Of a stretch of 64,000 nucleotides of DNA, positions 1 through 12,700 are shown one piece after another; the stretch's first letter is position 1; each line of letters opens with the position of its first letter. The stretch comes from Bugula neritina. Taxonomy: Eukaryota > Animalia > Bryozoa. The stretch covers positions 23,035,319-23,099,318 of the forward strand of contig OZ037768.1 of NCBI GenBank assembly GCA_964035545.1, in the 5' to 3' direction. Both the position numbers and the translations under genes were made by a program. The notes beneath the pieces were generated by a model. The model ran no database searches. It had not been told where the DNA came from and was given only the letters and a program-made list of their open reading frames with translations.

Positions 1-472
1 TAGCATTTTTACATTACACACAGTTGAGATAAACTCAATTTGTACTGCAAAGAGCTATGCATTATATTATGTTTCGTGAACACAGAAAAAGGAGGGAAAA
101 GCATTATTTAGGTGCTATAGATAATGCTGATACAGTCAATTTATATTAAATTGAATGAGTAATGCCTAAGCTTTGTGATGACGCAAAAAGGTGATGAATA
201 ACAGAAGTCTTTCAAAATTTTCATTGTAACTCAAATTCAAACAGAATAACTTTGATATTCACCTAATGACATAACCATGAATTCACACTTTAGTTCACTT
301 GATAGCATTATGCTATCAAGAATGATGGAAAAATCATTGCAATTGATGTTCAATATTGAAGATATGTATTCTGTTTATTATCACTGCAACCACTGCACAT
401 AAAATAATGGTTAGTGTGAAAGTGCCATAGAGCCTCAGTACCATGAATTCCTACCATGGGATAGCCCCTTAC

Positions 473-709
473 CCTGACACTCTCCCCAGTAGGCAAGCTC
501 CAAGTCTAACTCTGGATTCTCACATCGGGTCACGTCAAACTCGCTGAAAGAATTGTACGTCTGCTTGTTATTTGCGCAGACTGGCTGAGAAGCCTGGCAG
601 AAGTCACCTTGACACTTGCATCGACATTCGGGGACAGGAAGTCCTTCTGCCGAGATCGCCACGTGACAAGTATGGCGTTCATTCGGACACTCGGCTGGCA
701 TGCAAACAA
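473..709 (-). CDS. Gene B exon: atypical follistatin/Kazal domain
   Basis: [14 protein letters not shown]...[36 protein letters not shown]...YWGECQ; 237 nt, phase 1-1. Confidence 0.85.
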
Positions 710-3700
710 CTAGAGGCGAAACAAAATGATCCTTAACCCATTTACACATACAAATGCTGATAGTATGACGTCTGGTAGAGAAGTATATGTAGAGATCTTC
801 CCACTTGACTTACACAAAACACTTACGCTCACAGTGGAAGCCGTTTCCTCGGAAACCCTCATTACAAGTACATCTATAACCGCCTTCAGTGTTGGTACAT
901 TTAGCATTCTCATCACAACTTTGCCCATCCTCGCATTCGTCAATATCTAAAAACACAGGCTAATACTTAGCATATTTCCACACAGACAGCAGAATTCATG
1001 CGGAAGAGTAAAAATGTAGTAATAGTTTCAAAGTATTTAAAAATAAAGTTATGGTACAATTATTACCATTGCTAAGACATATCAATCTAAATATTTTAAC
1101 TGTACAACAAGTAGCTAACTAATAGTAACAAACCATCACAGGTCTGTGCTATTCCATTCCACTTGTAACCACGGTTACACAAGCAATGATGTGTTCCTCT
1201 CTGGTTGACACACCTGGAGTTATCCCCACAAGCATTTTCTATTTCTATGCACTCGTTTATATCTACAATGCAGACATATCCGCGCATCAGTAAGAAACAA
1301 GATGGCTACCTACTATTAAATATGGCAGTTAAACAAAAACAGTTAGAATTTTATTAACTCCCTCACCTATACAATGAGTGTTGTTGTACTTGTAGCCACT
1401 CAGGCATTCACATTTATATGTACCAGCGGTGTTAACACACTTGGCAGAGCGAGGACACGGGGAGGGCCCTTCGAGGCACTCGTCCACATCTACAAGAAAC
1501 AATGCACTCAGTCTATGCTAAGGCAAAGTAAAAAGGCTATAATCATATTCAACTCAAATGAATTAAGTGCCAAAGATTGTAAAAAACCGCTAGAACTGTG
1601 GAAAAGCAAAAAAAATGGTTAAATTATTAGAAGTTGGCAAGAACCATGTTTACTGTTATTGTGACCAGATAATATTTACCTGCACAACTTTTGCCTGACC
1701 CAACATATCCCTCTCTGCACTCGCACCTATAAGCTCCATCTAGATCAATACACTCGGCGTTATCATGGCACAAGTGAAGGCTCGGCTTTTCACACTCATT
1801 GATATTAACACAACTATTTTCTTTCTGCAAGTAAAAAAAAGTTTAAAGAAATTGAGATGTAGATTTGACAAATTAATCAATTAGCAAACTGTGCACTAGT
1901 TTCAATAATAAATTCATATTTAAGACTTGACAATGACTAAATATCACTATTAAAAGTCTCAACAGCAGACCCACCTTCTTATAACCTGCTTTACAAACAC
2001 ATTCATAGGAGCCTTCCTTATCTTCACACTGCTGATTATCTGGACATACCACATTGTCCTCTACACACTCATCGATGTCTACATGAACAATATGCACAGT
2101 TGTGATATACCTTTGGGCACTCACAATATGTATCGTTACTATATTATACTATAATATTATACAAAAAGTACAAAAGGTACAAGCAGATATGTTTTAAAAA
2201 TTGCAAAAGATGATGCTTTCAATTAATTCTCCAAAATAAAATAACTGGTTGATTGATGTGCAGTTCAAATCTATTGATGTTGTAAAAACTGAGCAAAATC
2301 TTCAAGTCCTTGAAACAAGAGAGTGGCAAAAATATTTCAAAAAATGTTTCAATATAAATCCTTACTCCATGCAGACTTCCAAATGCATCTCAAAATTCAA
2401 CATTTCAATTAGGCAAACTAGCAAGGTTATAAAAACATAAACTTTATTCACTTGAGCTAAAACATCACAAAATAAGTTAAGACTAGCAGTATTTACAGCC
2501 AGTTCAGTATGAGACTTACCAACGCATGTAGTTCCACCAAAACCATAGCCATCCTTGCAGTCACAGCTGTAACTACCAACTGTGTCCCTACACGTACCCT
2601 CATCTCCACAAGGGTTTCCCTCAGTGCATTCATTTACATCTGCAAATAATTGAAACAGGTTTTAGTAATAAACTTGTCTAGCTATTTATTATGCAATGTA
2701 TACAGGGCTACTATATCATGCAGCTATAGATAGCAACTACCATATTAACTGCGCACACAGCTATACATAAAACTATATTAAACAGTTATAAAGAGCATTT
2801 CAAATATTTAGTTTACAAACATTATTATATTTCAGTTCACCAAACCTTGTAGATATGTGTACTCAAAGGTATAAACTCTGAACCAACAAAAATTACTCGA
2901 TTACTAAATATTAAAACAATAGTCAAAGTGATAAAAAATGTAATGATTAAAATAAAAGTAAATGCTTTTGTTAAAGATTTTAGTAATGACTTTCACACAA
3001 AAATTAGATTCTGTTTCAAAAACAATTTTGTCTATAGTTTCCACATGTCGTATGGGCATATAAAAACCATTTAAAAAGCTTGAGAATAAAGATATGCATA
3101 GTAGAAATTTATGCAGCCACTTACTCTCGCAGTTAGGGGGCGTACCAGCAAACCCCACCTTGCATTCACAGATGAAACCAGATTCTGATGGTATACAGTC
3201 AGTATTGTATGGACAAGGTGAACCAATATTGCAACTGGTAGCTATAAATAGTAATCAACACGTCTAATAGTCATTGTATAACTATAAATAGTAACAACAT
3301 GTCTAATAGTCATTGTATAGCTATAAATAGTAACAACATGTCTATTAGTCATTGTATATAGCTATAAATAGTAACAACACGTCTAATAGTCATTATATAG
3401 CTATAAATAGTAACAACATGTCTATTAGTCATTGTATATAGCTATAAAAAGCAATATAGCAAATGACAATTACACAGTTGTAGACAATAAACTTTTTATA
3501 AAATATTTTTCAAATGATGATCTTTAAAAGTAAAATTTCTAAGCGTAGAAAAACAATAGTTATGAGTTATACAGGCTTTTTTAACACTAATAGTAACATT
3601 CAGCAAAGCAAGTTTTTATATGATCAGCTTCACATGCTTAGTGAATCTGCTAAATACTATAAGCCAAATTATATTCCATACAACAGTCAACTTAGGCCGA

Positions 3701-6700
3701 GTAACCTATTACACAAAATTTTAAACAACGGAAGTTTTACACATCCTTAAGTTACTATTAAATTAGTTACTAGGTACTATTAACTAGTAACTATTAACTA
3801 GTCACTAGTAACTATAGTAATAAGTGAGCTGAACTTACGCAAGCAATCGCCGTCTGCACCAACTCTATATCCTGTCACACAGACACAAGTCTCGTGATTG
3901 GTGGAGTTACGAAGGCACACTGCGTGTTCCGAGTCGCACTTAAGAGTCTCACATTCGCCAATGACCTCTACAAGTAATGCCACTCACTGTAAGACATCAC
4001 TGCAGATTTGCAATGCTAACGGTACACAATAAAAATCAAAGCAATATGCTAGAGTTATGGCAAAGCCATGAGATCAAATATCATTGAGAGCTTTACAGTA
4101 GCAATGCTATGAGATGCAGACGACACAAAATAAAATATAATAATGAAAAGGCACATGAGTCACCTCAACTTCTACTAATTACAGTTTTATATTTACCAGT
4201 ACACTCAAATCCATTTCCTTCATAGCCATCTTGACAGACACACTCATACGAGCCAACAGTGTTGTTACACCGAGCATGCTCACTGCACTCATTGAGATTT
4301 GCTTCGAGGCACTCGTCGACATCGACGCAAACATTATCAACAGAGCTAAAGCCGTCTTGACAGACACATTCATAGCTGCCGTCAGTGTTGGAACACTCGA
4401 TGTGATTGGTCGAGCTGACATCACATTCATAATCTCCAGTCTCGCATTCATTTATATCTGCAAAAGGAATCGAAACTCAAAACATCGGAAGTCATCAAAC
4501 TAGCTCAACCAGCTAATTATACCATTTCTCAGACGTAGACTAATACATACCCATACGACTAAGTTTTTATTACTTCTAATGCTAATAAAAAGATAGTTTC
4601 AATAACAAAGCTTAAAGCTAAAAACTAAAATTAAAAACTGGGACTAAAAATAGCCTTTGTTTAGTGCTGAGCAATAGATGTTCACATAAAGTAATAAGAC
4701 TAAAATAGATCTGCCATTGAATAGAGGAAATAAACAGAGAGCTGCAATAAACAGTTAGAAGACTAGCATTGAGTACTCACCCTGACAGCCTGTGGATGTG
4801 ACTTTATAGCCATCCGGACATTTGCACGAGTAGGTCTTTGGTAGATTAGTACAGTTACCGGGAGACGGACAGAACCGGTCTATATTCTCTGCTGAACACT
4901 CGTCCAAATCTGTGAAAAACAACTAAATACTATAAGGAAAGAATTTAGTTAAATTAGTTAGAGCAAGATTTTAAAAAGAAATGTACACTCGTCCAAATCT
5001 TCGAACGGAAATTAAAATATGTTAGCAGAGAGAATAAAATGAGGTTGAAAAATAAACTTTTAAATTGAACGTGGCGAAACGATTTATTTTTTACAACAAA
5101 TTCTACAGATGGCTGTATGAAGTCATACATGAAACATACTTCAATGTAACCACACCATTTTTGATAGTGACATAAATAGGTCTACCTACACATAGCAAAT
5201 GCTGTCAATACTTACTCCTACTCTTGCACAATCAGCTACACTTACTCCTACTAATGTACTGTCAGTAATACTTACTCCTACTAATGTACAGTCAGCTACA
5301 CTTACCTACACACTTGCCGTCAACCATCTCGTAGCCAGGAGAGCACACACATTCATACTTCTGAGGAATGGCTCGATTCAGACAGATCACATGATCTCCA
5401 GAGCAGACGGAGGGCTTAGCTAGACACTCATCCACATCTACAGTTAGAATGAGCTCCTTGAATAGTATTTACTAAATGTAATCAACTTACCAATGAAACA
5501 CTTGAAATTTACAGTTTTCAATAAAGAATAAATTGTTTTTATTAAAAAGAATTTAATGTGGACAAAAAATTTCATGACTAATAATTGAATTTTTGTATGA
5601 AAAATTGACCATTAGTGCGAAAAATCCTCAAACTAAGGAGTTATCTCCTCCAAACTAATAGAAATATTGATGACATCACAACCGCCAAGTAAAATCAAAA
5701 GACACAAGAAAGTTTATAAGAGTAGTCTGAACTCACCTCCACACACTTTGCCATTTCCTTCAGTTCCCGGATGACATCTGCAATCGTAGCCGCCATCTTC
5801 TTCTACGCAGTCAGCAAGGGTGTGACAGTTGTGAGCTCCAGTCGTACATTCGGCGACGTCTGCAACATTATCTCATAGAATTATTCGATTATCATTAGCA
5901 TTGCTATGAGTCATCTGATTACCAAAAGTACATTCTATTTTTATCTCTAACTCTAAAAAACTCTTTATTCTCAAAACCTTCTAGTTAATGTTTTTTTAGC
6001 CTCACAATTTTATATTTACTTTATTAAAATGAAGTCAAAAAGTAACAACTCATTCTATATAATACATTGGAGTTACCTTCACAAAAATCCATGTAAATTT
6101 TTAAAGGTTACTGTTTTTCTAACCTAATAATTTATTAAGCAATAAATACAACAAATTAATCACTTATTGTATATTATGCTTTGGAGTTACCTGCACAATC
6201 AAGGCCGTTACCACGGTAACCTTGCAAACAGACACATCTGCTACTGTAGTCGTCTGCTACACATTCAGCATTAGCATGGCATGGGCCGGTGAGAGAACAT
6301 TCCAGATCAGCTGTAGTTGGTAATCAATATATACAGTATCCAGCATACACTATGAGGTCTATATTAGTCCAATACATGTATATGTATGGATAACTGTATA
6401 ATATATTATTATATTATATTATTTTATATTAAATTATTACATATTGCATAGTAATAATCTAACAGACGTACGCAGGCAAAGATCTCCGTCAGGCAGGAAC
6501 CCCTCCTCGCAGGTGCAACTGTATCCACCCTCTGTGTTGGTACACTGAGCATGCTCCTGACACGAGTGCATGCCTCGGTCACATTCATTGATATCTAGAG
6601 GAAAACAACTCCCAATCTAAGCTATATATGTATAATATTCACATTACCACCAAAAAGGATGAGTTCAGATTATTTTAGGAGTTGTCTGCACAAATTATCA

Positions 6701-9700
6701 AGTCGCTTGTAAATAGACACAATAAAGCCTTCAAAACCTTAAAGCTCTACTGTTTATAAAATTGTGAAGTTAATAACAACCAATGACAGGTCTTGGTGCT
6801 CAACAACAACCAATAGAAAGACTATGTCTGCATTGTAACTGAAAAATTGAATTTCTCTTAGTAAAGGGATCAATTCAAAAGACATCTACTATCACCATTA
6901 CAACAAGTCCTATTGGCTGTTATTTTCCAATATTAATTAAAATTTCTAACTCTGTTGACTCCACCACTTTACTATACCATTAAAAGAAAATTTCAGAGTT
7001 TTTTTCTGAGTTATGTACACGAAGATTGTACAATGTATACTATAGACAGGGGAGGGGTCGGTGGGGCACATTCTACAGCAAGTGGAACAAAACAACTTTC
7101 AAGTGCCTATTAATAATACCTTACAGTACAATTCGGATTAAGTTATTCAGTGTTTAAAAACGCTTTTACTTGCTCAAAGTTTTGCTCAAGTACAAATAAA
7201 TTTGAATCTAAATAAAGAGTCAAGTCAAACCAATGGCTGGCTAAGTCAAGGTCACATCAATTCTAGCTGCAAAAGCAGACAACTTCTTAGCATGCTGGAA
7301 ATACTTATTTTCTCTCAAACTTATTACCTTAAGTTCAGCGGACTCACCAGTGCAAACTTTACCCTTCTTGGCATAGCCCTCTACACATTCACACGTGTAG
7401 AACCCAGGCATGTTTTTACAGCTAGAGTGATCTCCACATGCCTCGGGGTCATCGCATTCATTGATGTCTTTGCACACCTGATTGACCTCTCTATACCCGG
7501 AGTGGCAAGGGCAGGTGGGGCCACGCTGTGTGAGAACACATGAACTGTGAATGTCTGGACACGTGTCAGGTTTACACAGACGCTCTGCAGGAAAAAGAGA
7601 AAATACTAGAACAGTTTAAGACCAATTGAACTTCATATATCATCTCTCAATGCGGACATCAGGCAAAACCCACCAAATGCTGTCTGATTTTCATATTAAG
7701 AACTTACTAAAATAATTTTCCATTTTAGCCATCGCAATTTAAAAAAGTTTGCATTTATTCTACTTCATAAAATGCTTGTAAGGAAATATAGCTTATAATC
7801 ACTGTGACCATCTCTACGCCAACTCACCTGGTTTACAGATTTGCCCATCTCTGTAGTAACCTTCGTAACAGTTGCAGACGGGATAGCCGCTGCTGCCGTC
7901 ACATGTAGAATGTTCCGGACAGCGGATACTCTCGTCACACACCAAAACTTCGCACTTCTGTCCGTTCCACTCTCCGCCGAGACACACGCAGTCATAGCCG
8001 CCATCTTTGTTGACACACATCCTGTCATTGGTGCATTCGTGAGAGACTATGCATTCATCTATATCTTGACATTTGTCTTCTTGTAATGAATTTATCAGAC
8101 TGTATCCAGAGTCGCATTGGCAGCCATCTTGAGCAGCGTTACACTTGCCATTCTTACCGCAGCCACAATCTGACGGTACAACATTTAAATGATTTGCAAT
8201 ACAACAGAGTAGATTATCAGTCTGAAGCTTGAAAAGGAAAACTAATTTATTGTTTGGGGTAGCTTTGAAAACTATTTGAACCAATAGCTTATTCTTTGAG
8301 CTTGTACTAAAAAAAAATTAAAAAACTCAGCTAAAAATTGCATTTATAAATAAAACGTTTGTTTTTTGAGAAAATAAATTATTGATATTGCAGAGCGTTT
8401 TTATAATTTTTTTACATTTACCTCTAGATAATCTAAAGCTGAGCTTGAATTATCAATTATCAGTAAACAAGTTTTTTCTGCAAACTATGGCATTCGTTAC
8501 TTTAGTATCAAAATATTGAGAAAATTTAGCACAATTTTCATTCTCCAAAAGTCTGACATGAAAACTTTCTGAAAGCTAACAAATACTTCAAGAGCTCCAA
8601 CTAACAGTTGAATAGCAGTCAACATCGTTTACTGAATATACACAGATTTCCAGAAACTTCTCTTAGATGTCTCACCTCTCAGAGGTTGACAGCGCATAGC
8701 CTCTCTTTCACGAACACAATGCTCGTTGTTGCCTTCACAATCGTCATCCACTCTGCACTCATCCTCCGAGTGACACCGGACTCCGTCTCCGGTATAGCCA
8801 GCTGCACAGGTGCACCCGTACCCACCAGGAGTGTTGGTGCAGACGCCATTAGCAGCAGAACACAGATGCTTCTCCAGACACTCATCAATATCTTCACATG
8901 TAATGAAATGAATATAGTTTCAAGAAATAGACTAAAACTTTAGTAGAGAAACACTTGATAGTCTAATAACGCTGTGAAAAAAGCTTTGTGAAGTAATAAA
9001 AACACAAGAAATGCTCAGTATTTCTGTAAACTGGAAACAGATAAAATAGCCAAGTGAACCAAGTTAACTATAATATGAACTAGGAAGTGCAGGGCTTGTC
9101 AGTAGAGTGAGTCGATGAAATCAGTTGGTAGTGAGACGGTTGGCTAACAGAATTATATGCTAGTGAACTGTTGTAAAAATTGTCATCAACTCAAATTGAC
9201 AACTAGTAACTGAAAATGATAGAGTGTGTAATATTAACCATTTCATATAAAAACTCAACTGAAATGGAATTGAAGTTGTCTTCTATCTGGTATTAGTATA
9301 AACTAACTATAAAGTATCTAATACTACAGAAAGCTACAAGTTATATCCTACCAGTACATTGAGGGTTAGACTTAGAGCCAATATTTCTGTATCCAGGCTG
9401 ACACAAACAGACTGATTTCCCTTCAATAACTCCGGAACAATAGGCATTATCTCCACATGATCCTGGCACGCAATCTTTGCTATCAGAGGCTAAAAAGAGC
9501 ATTATATCTTTATATATTAATTACAATACCTACAAATATTTCTGGTAAAAGTATAAAACTCTTCATTATTAGGATTAAAAATCAAGTTATACTCATATTT
9601 GCATCAAAAAGCGATTCTGTAAACAATGAAAGACTTACCTTTACATACTTTCCCATCTCCTTTGTACCCCTCATAGCACTCACACCTGTATCCACCCAAT

Positions 9701-12700
9701 GTATTTATACAGTTGGCTTCTCTTGAACAGAGATATTCTTCAGCACACTCATTGATATCTGAATGTTTCAATAACTTGGTTATAATGCAGTATAATTATA
9801 TTATTCTAAATAAATATAATTATTTAATGTGCCAATTATTGAATGAACAGTGAAGGTATATAAAATATCATAACACCTTTTGGATAAAATAAAAAAACAT
9901 TATGGATAAAATGAAACAATTAAAAGTTGTGTCGTATCCTTTTAGTAAAGGTAATTACCAACTCCCACACAAACACTCACCGACGCAAGTCTTATAATTT
10001 CTATCGTAGGTATATCCAGGTTTACATAGACAGGTGTAACTCCCTTTTTTGTTGAGACACTTAGAATCAGGTGGACATTCATCCTCATTCAGTAGGCACT
10101 CATTGATGTCTATTTGGAAATTCATATTTATAAAATCTATTTAGAGGCTTAGACATGTATGAAGATGTTTATACATGCTGACTAGATGCTATTACGTGAT
10201 GATAAGAGCTTTCTAAGTGTACTTCTAACAGATTGAAAGTTGGCAAAACAGCTGTTAAATAACAAAATGCTTACCAAAACATCTTCCAGTTGAGACGTCT
10301 CTATTGTATCCATCCGGACACAGACACTCGGCTTTTCCAGAGGAGCTGTCACAGCGGCCATCTTTACCACAGTACGCAGACGCACAGGGATTTTCCGGCT
10401 CTAGAAACAGTATACAGTGAGAGTATACAGTGAGAGTATACAGTGAGAGTATACAGTGAGAGTACACAGTGAGAGTATACAGTGAGAGCATACAGTGAGA
10501 GTATACAGTGAGAGTATACAATGAGAGTATACAGTGAGAGTATACAGTGAGAGTATACAGTGAGAGTATACAGTGAGAGTATACAGTGAGAGTATACAGT
10601 GAGAGTATACAGGTACAGTATACAGTGAGAGTATACAGTGAGAGTATACAGTGAGAGTATACAGTGACAGTATACAGTGAGAGTATACAGTGAGAGTATA
10701 CAGTGAGAGTATACAGTGACAGTATACAGTGAGAGTATACAGTGAGAGTATACAGTGAGAGTATACAGTGAGAGTATACAGTGACAGTATACAGTGAGAG
10801 TATACAGTGAGAGTATACAGTGAGAGTATACAGTGAGAGTATACAGTGAGAGTATACAGTGAGAGCATACAGTGAGAGTATACAGTGAGAGTATACAGTG
10901 AGAGTATACAGTGAGAGTATACAGTGAGAGTATACAGTGATAGTATACAGTGACAGTATACAGTGACAGTATACAGTGACAGTAAAACGTCAAATTGACT
11001 CTTGTATATTTTCAATGGCATTCAATTGCATAGATATGAAAGTCACCATGATAATAATGCTAGTACACACTTTTTTAAAATAACTTAGACGTGTTACATA
11101 TTTATTGGTTGATGTAAAGCAGAAACTTATTGATATTGATAACCTCCCACTCTGAACTATTAGATATTACATGATTCTCAGACTTTATACATGAAACTAT
11201 TTTAATCCTGAAGAAATGGTAAAGTGAGTTCTCAATAAATCTGTTTTGAAGTCGTGTGGTTTATAAAGAACAATTAGGAATAGATACAACTTCTATCCCA
11301 CACACACCTGTTGAGCATTCTACCTTCCCATCCCCGGAGTAGCCATCTTTACACTTACAGAGGTACATTCCCGGGACATTCACGCAGTCGGCATTCTCAT
11401 GACAATCACTCTGTCCTGTCTTACACTCATCTACATCTACAAGTTGTTGTGTATAGAAAGCGTTTAGAGTAAAATATATTGTAAATATATAGTATCATAG
11501 AAAATATTTAAATTAAACTATATAAACTAGGCGAATTTAAAAACCAAAAATTGTTATATAACCAAAACATTTTCATAAGTGTAACATGATACAAACCCCA
11601 AAAAATTATATAAAGGTTGAAAATCACAACCCAAAAAATGTATACCGAAAAGTTTTTAAAGTATTGCAGATCATAAATTATTATCCAGAAAAAAACTTAA
11701 AAGTAAAATAACAAGAAAGATTAGAACAAAGTAAGTATTTTAGAAATCAATATGAAAAATGCTAATAAATATTCATTCGGCGATACAGGAGTAGGTGACT
11801 CACCTACACATCCGGGTTTCCCGTCCATGGGAAAACCCAGGCCAGAGAATCCATATACACAGATACAGTTACCATCAAAGCAGTCAGCATTGAAGTCACA
11901 TACAGTATCACCACACACTATCCCGGCAGCTGAAACAGTTTGAGTCTCACAATAGACAGTTTATATGTCAGCAGCTTAAACATAATAGATTACTATATAC
12001 ATACATGTGTATGTATATTATGTTAGATTATTATATAATCTAATCATGTATACTGTATATGTATGTATATATGTATATATTACACATGTATGAATGTTTA
12101 ATCTCAGTAATCACCATGTGAAAAATGAAGTATTTACTAAATACAACAATACAGATAGTAATGCTGATTAATAATCAATAATACAATATAATATATTATA
12201 TATTACATATTACTATATTACACTTTACTACACTATATATTACTATATTATATTATAATATATTACTATAATATATATTACTACACTATATATTACTACA
12301 CTATCTATTACTACACTATCTATTACTATACTATATATTGCTACACTATATATTACTATAATATATATTACTACACTATCTATTACTATACTATATATTA
12401 CTATACTATATATTACTATACTATATATTACTACACTATATATTACTATAATATATATTACTACACTATATATTACTACACTATATATTACTACACTATC
12501 TATTACTACACTATCTATTACTATACTATATATTGCTACACTATATATTACTATAATATATATTACTACACTATCTATTACTATACTATATATTACTATA
12601 CTATATATTACTATACTATATATTACTACACTATATATTACTATAATATATATTACTACACTATCTATTACTATACTATATATTACTATACTATATATTA

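Noticed and set aside
10255-11021. 200-aa [13 protein letters not shown]-repeat ORFs
   Set aside because: Translations of a stop-free 13-bp intronic satellite; only about 10275-10401 is a real exon.
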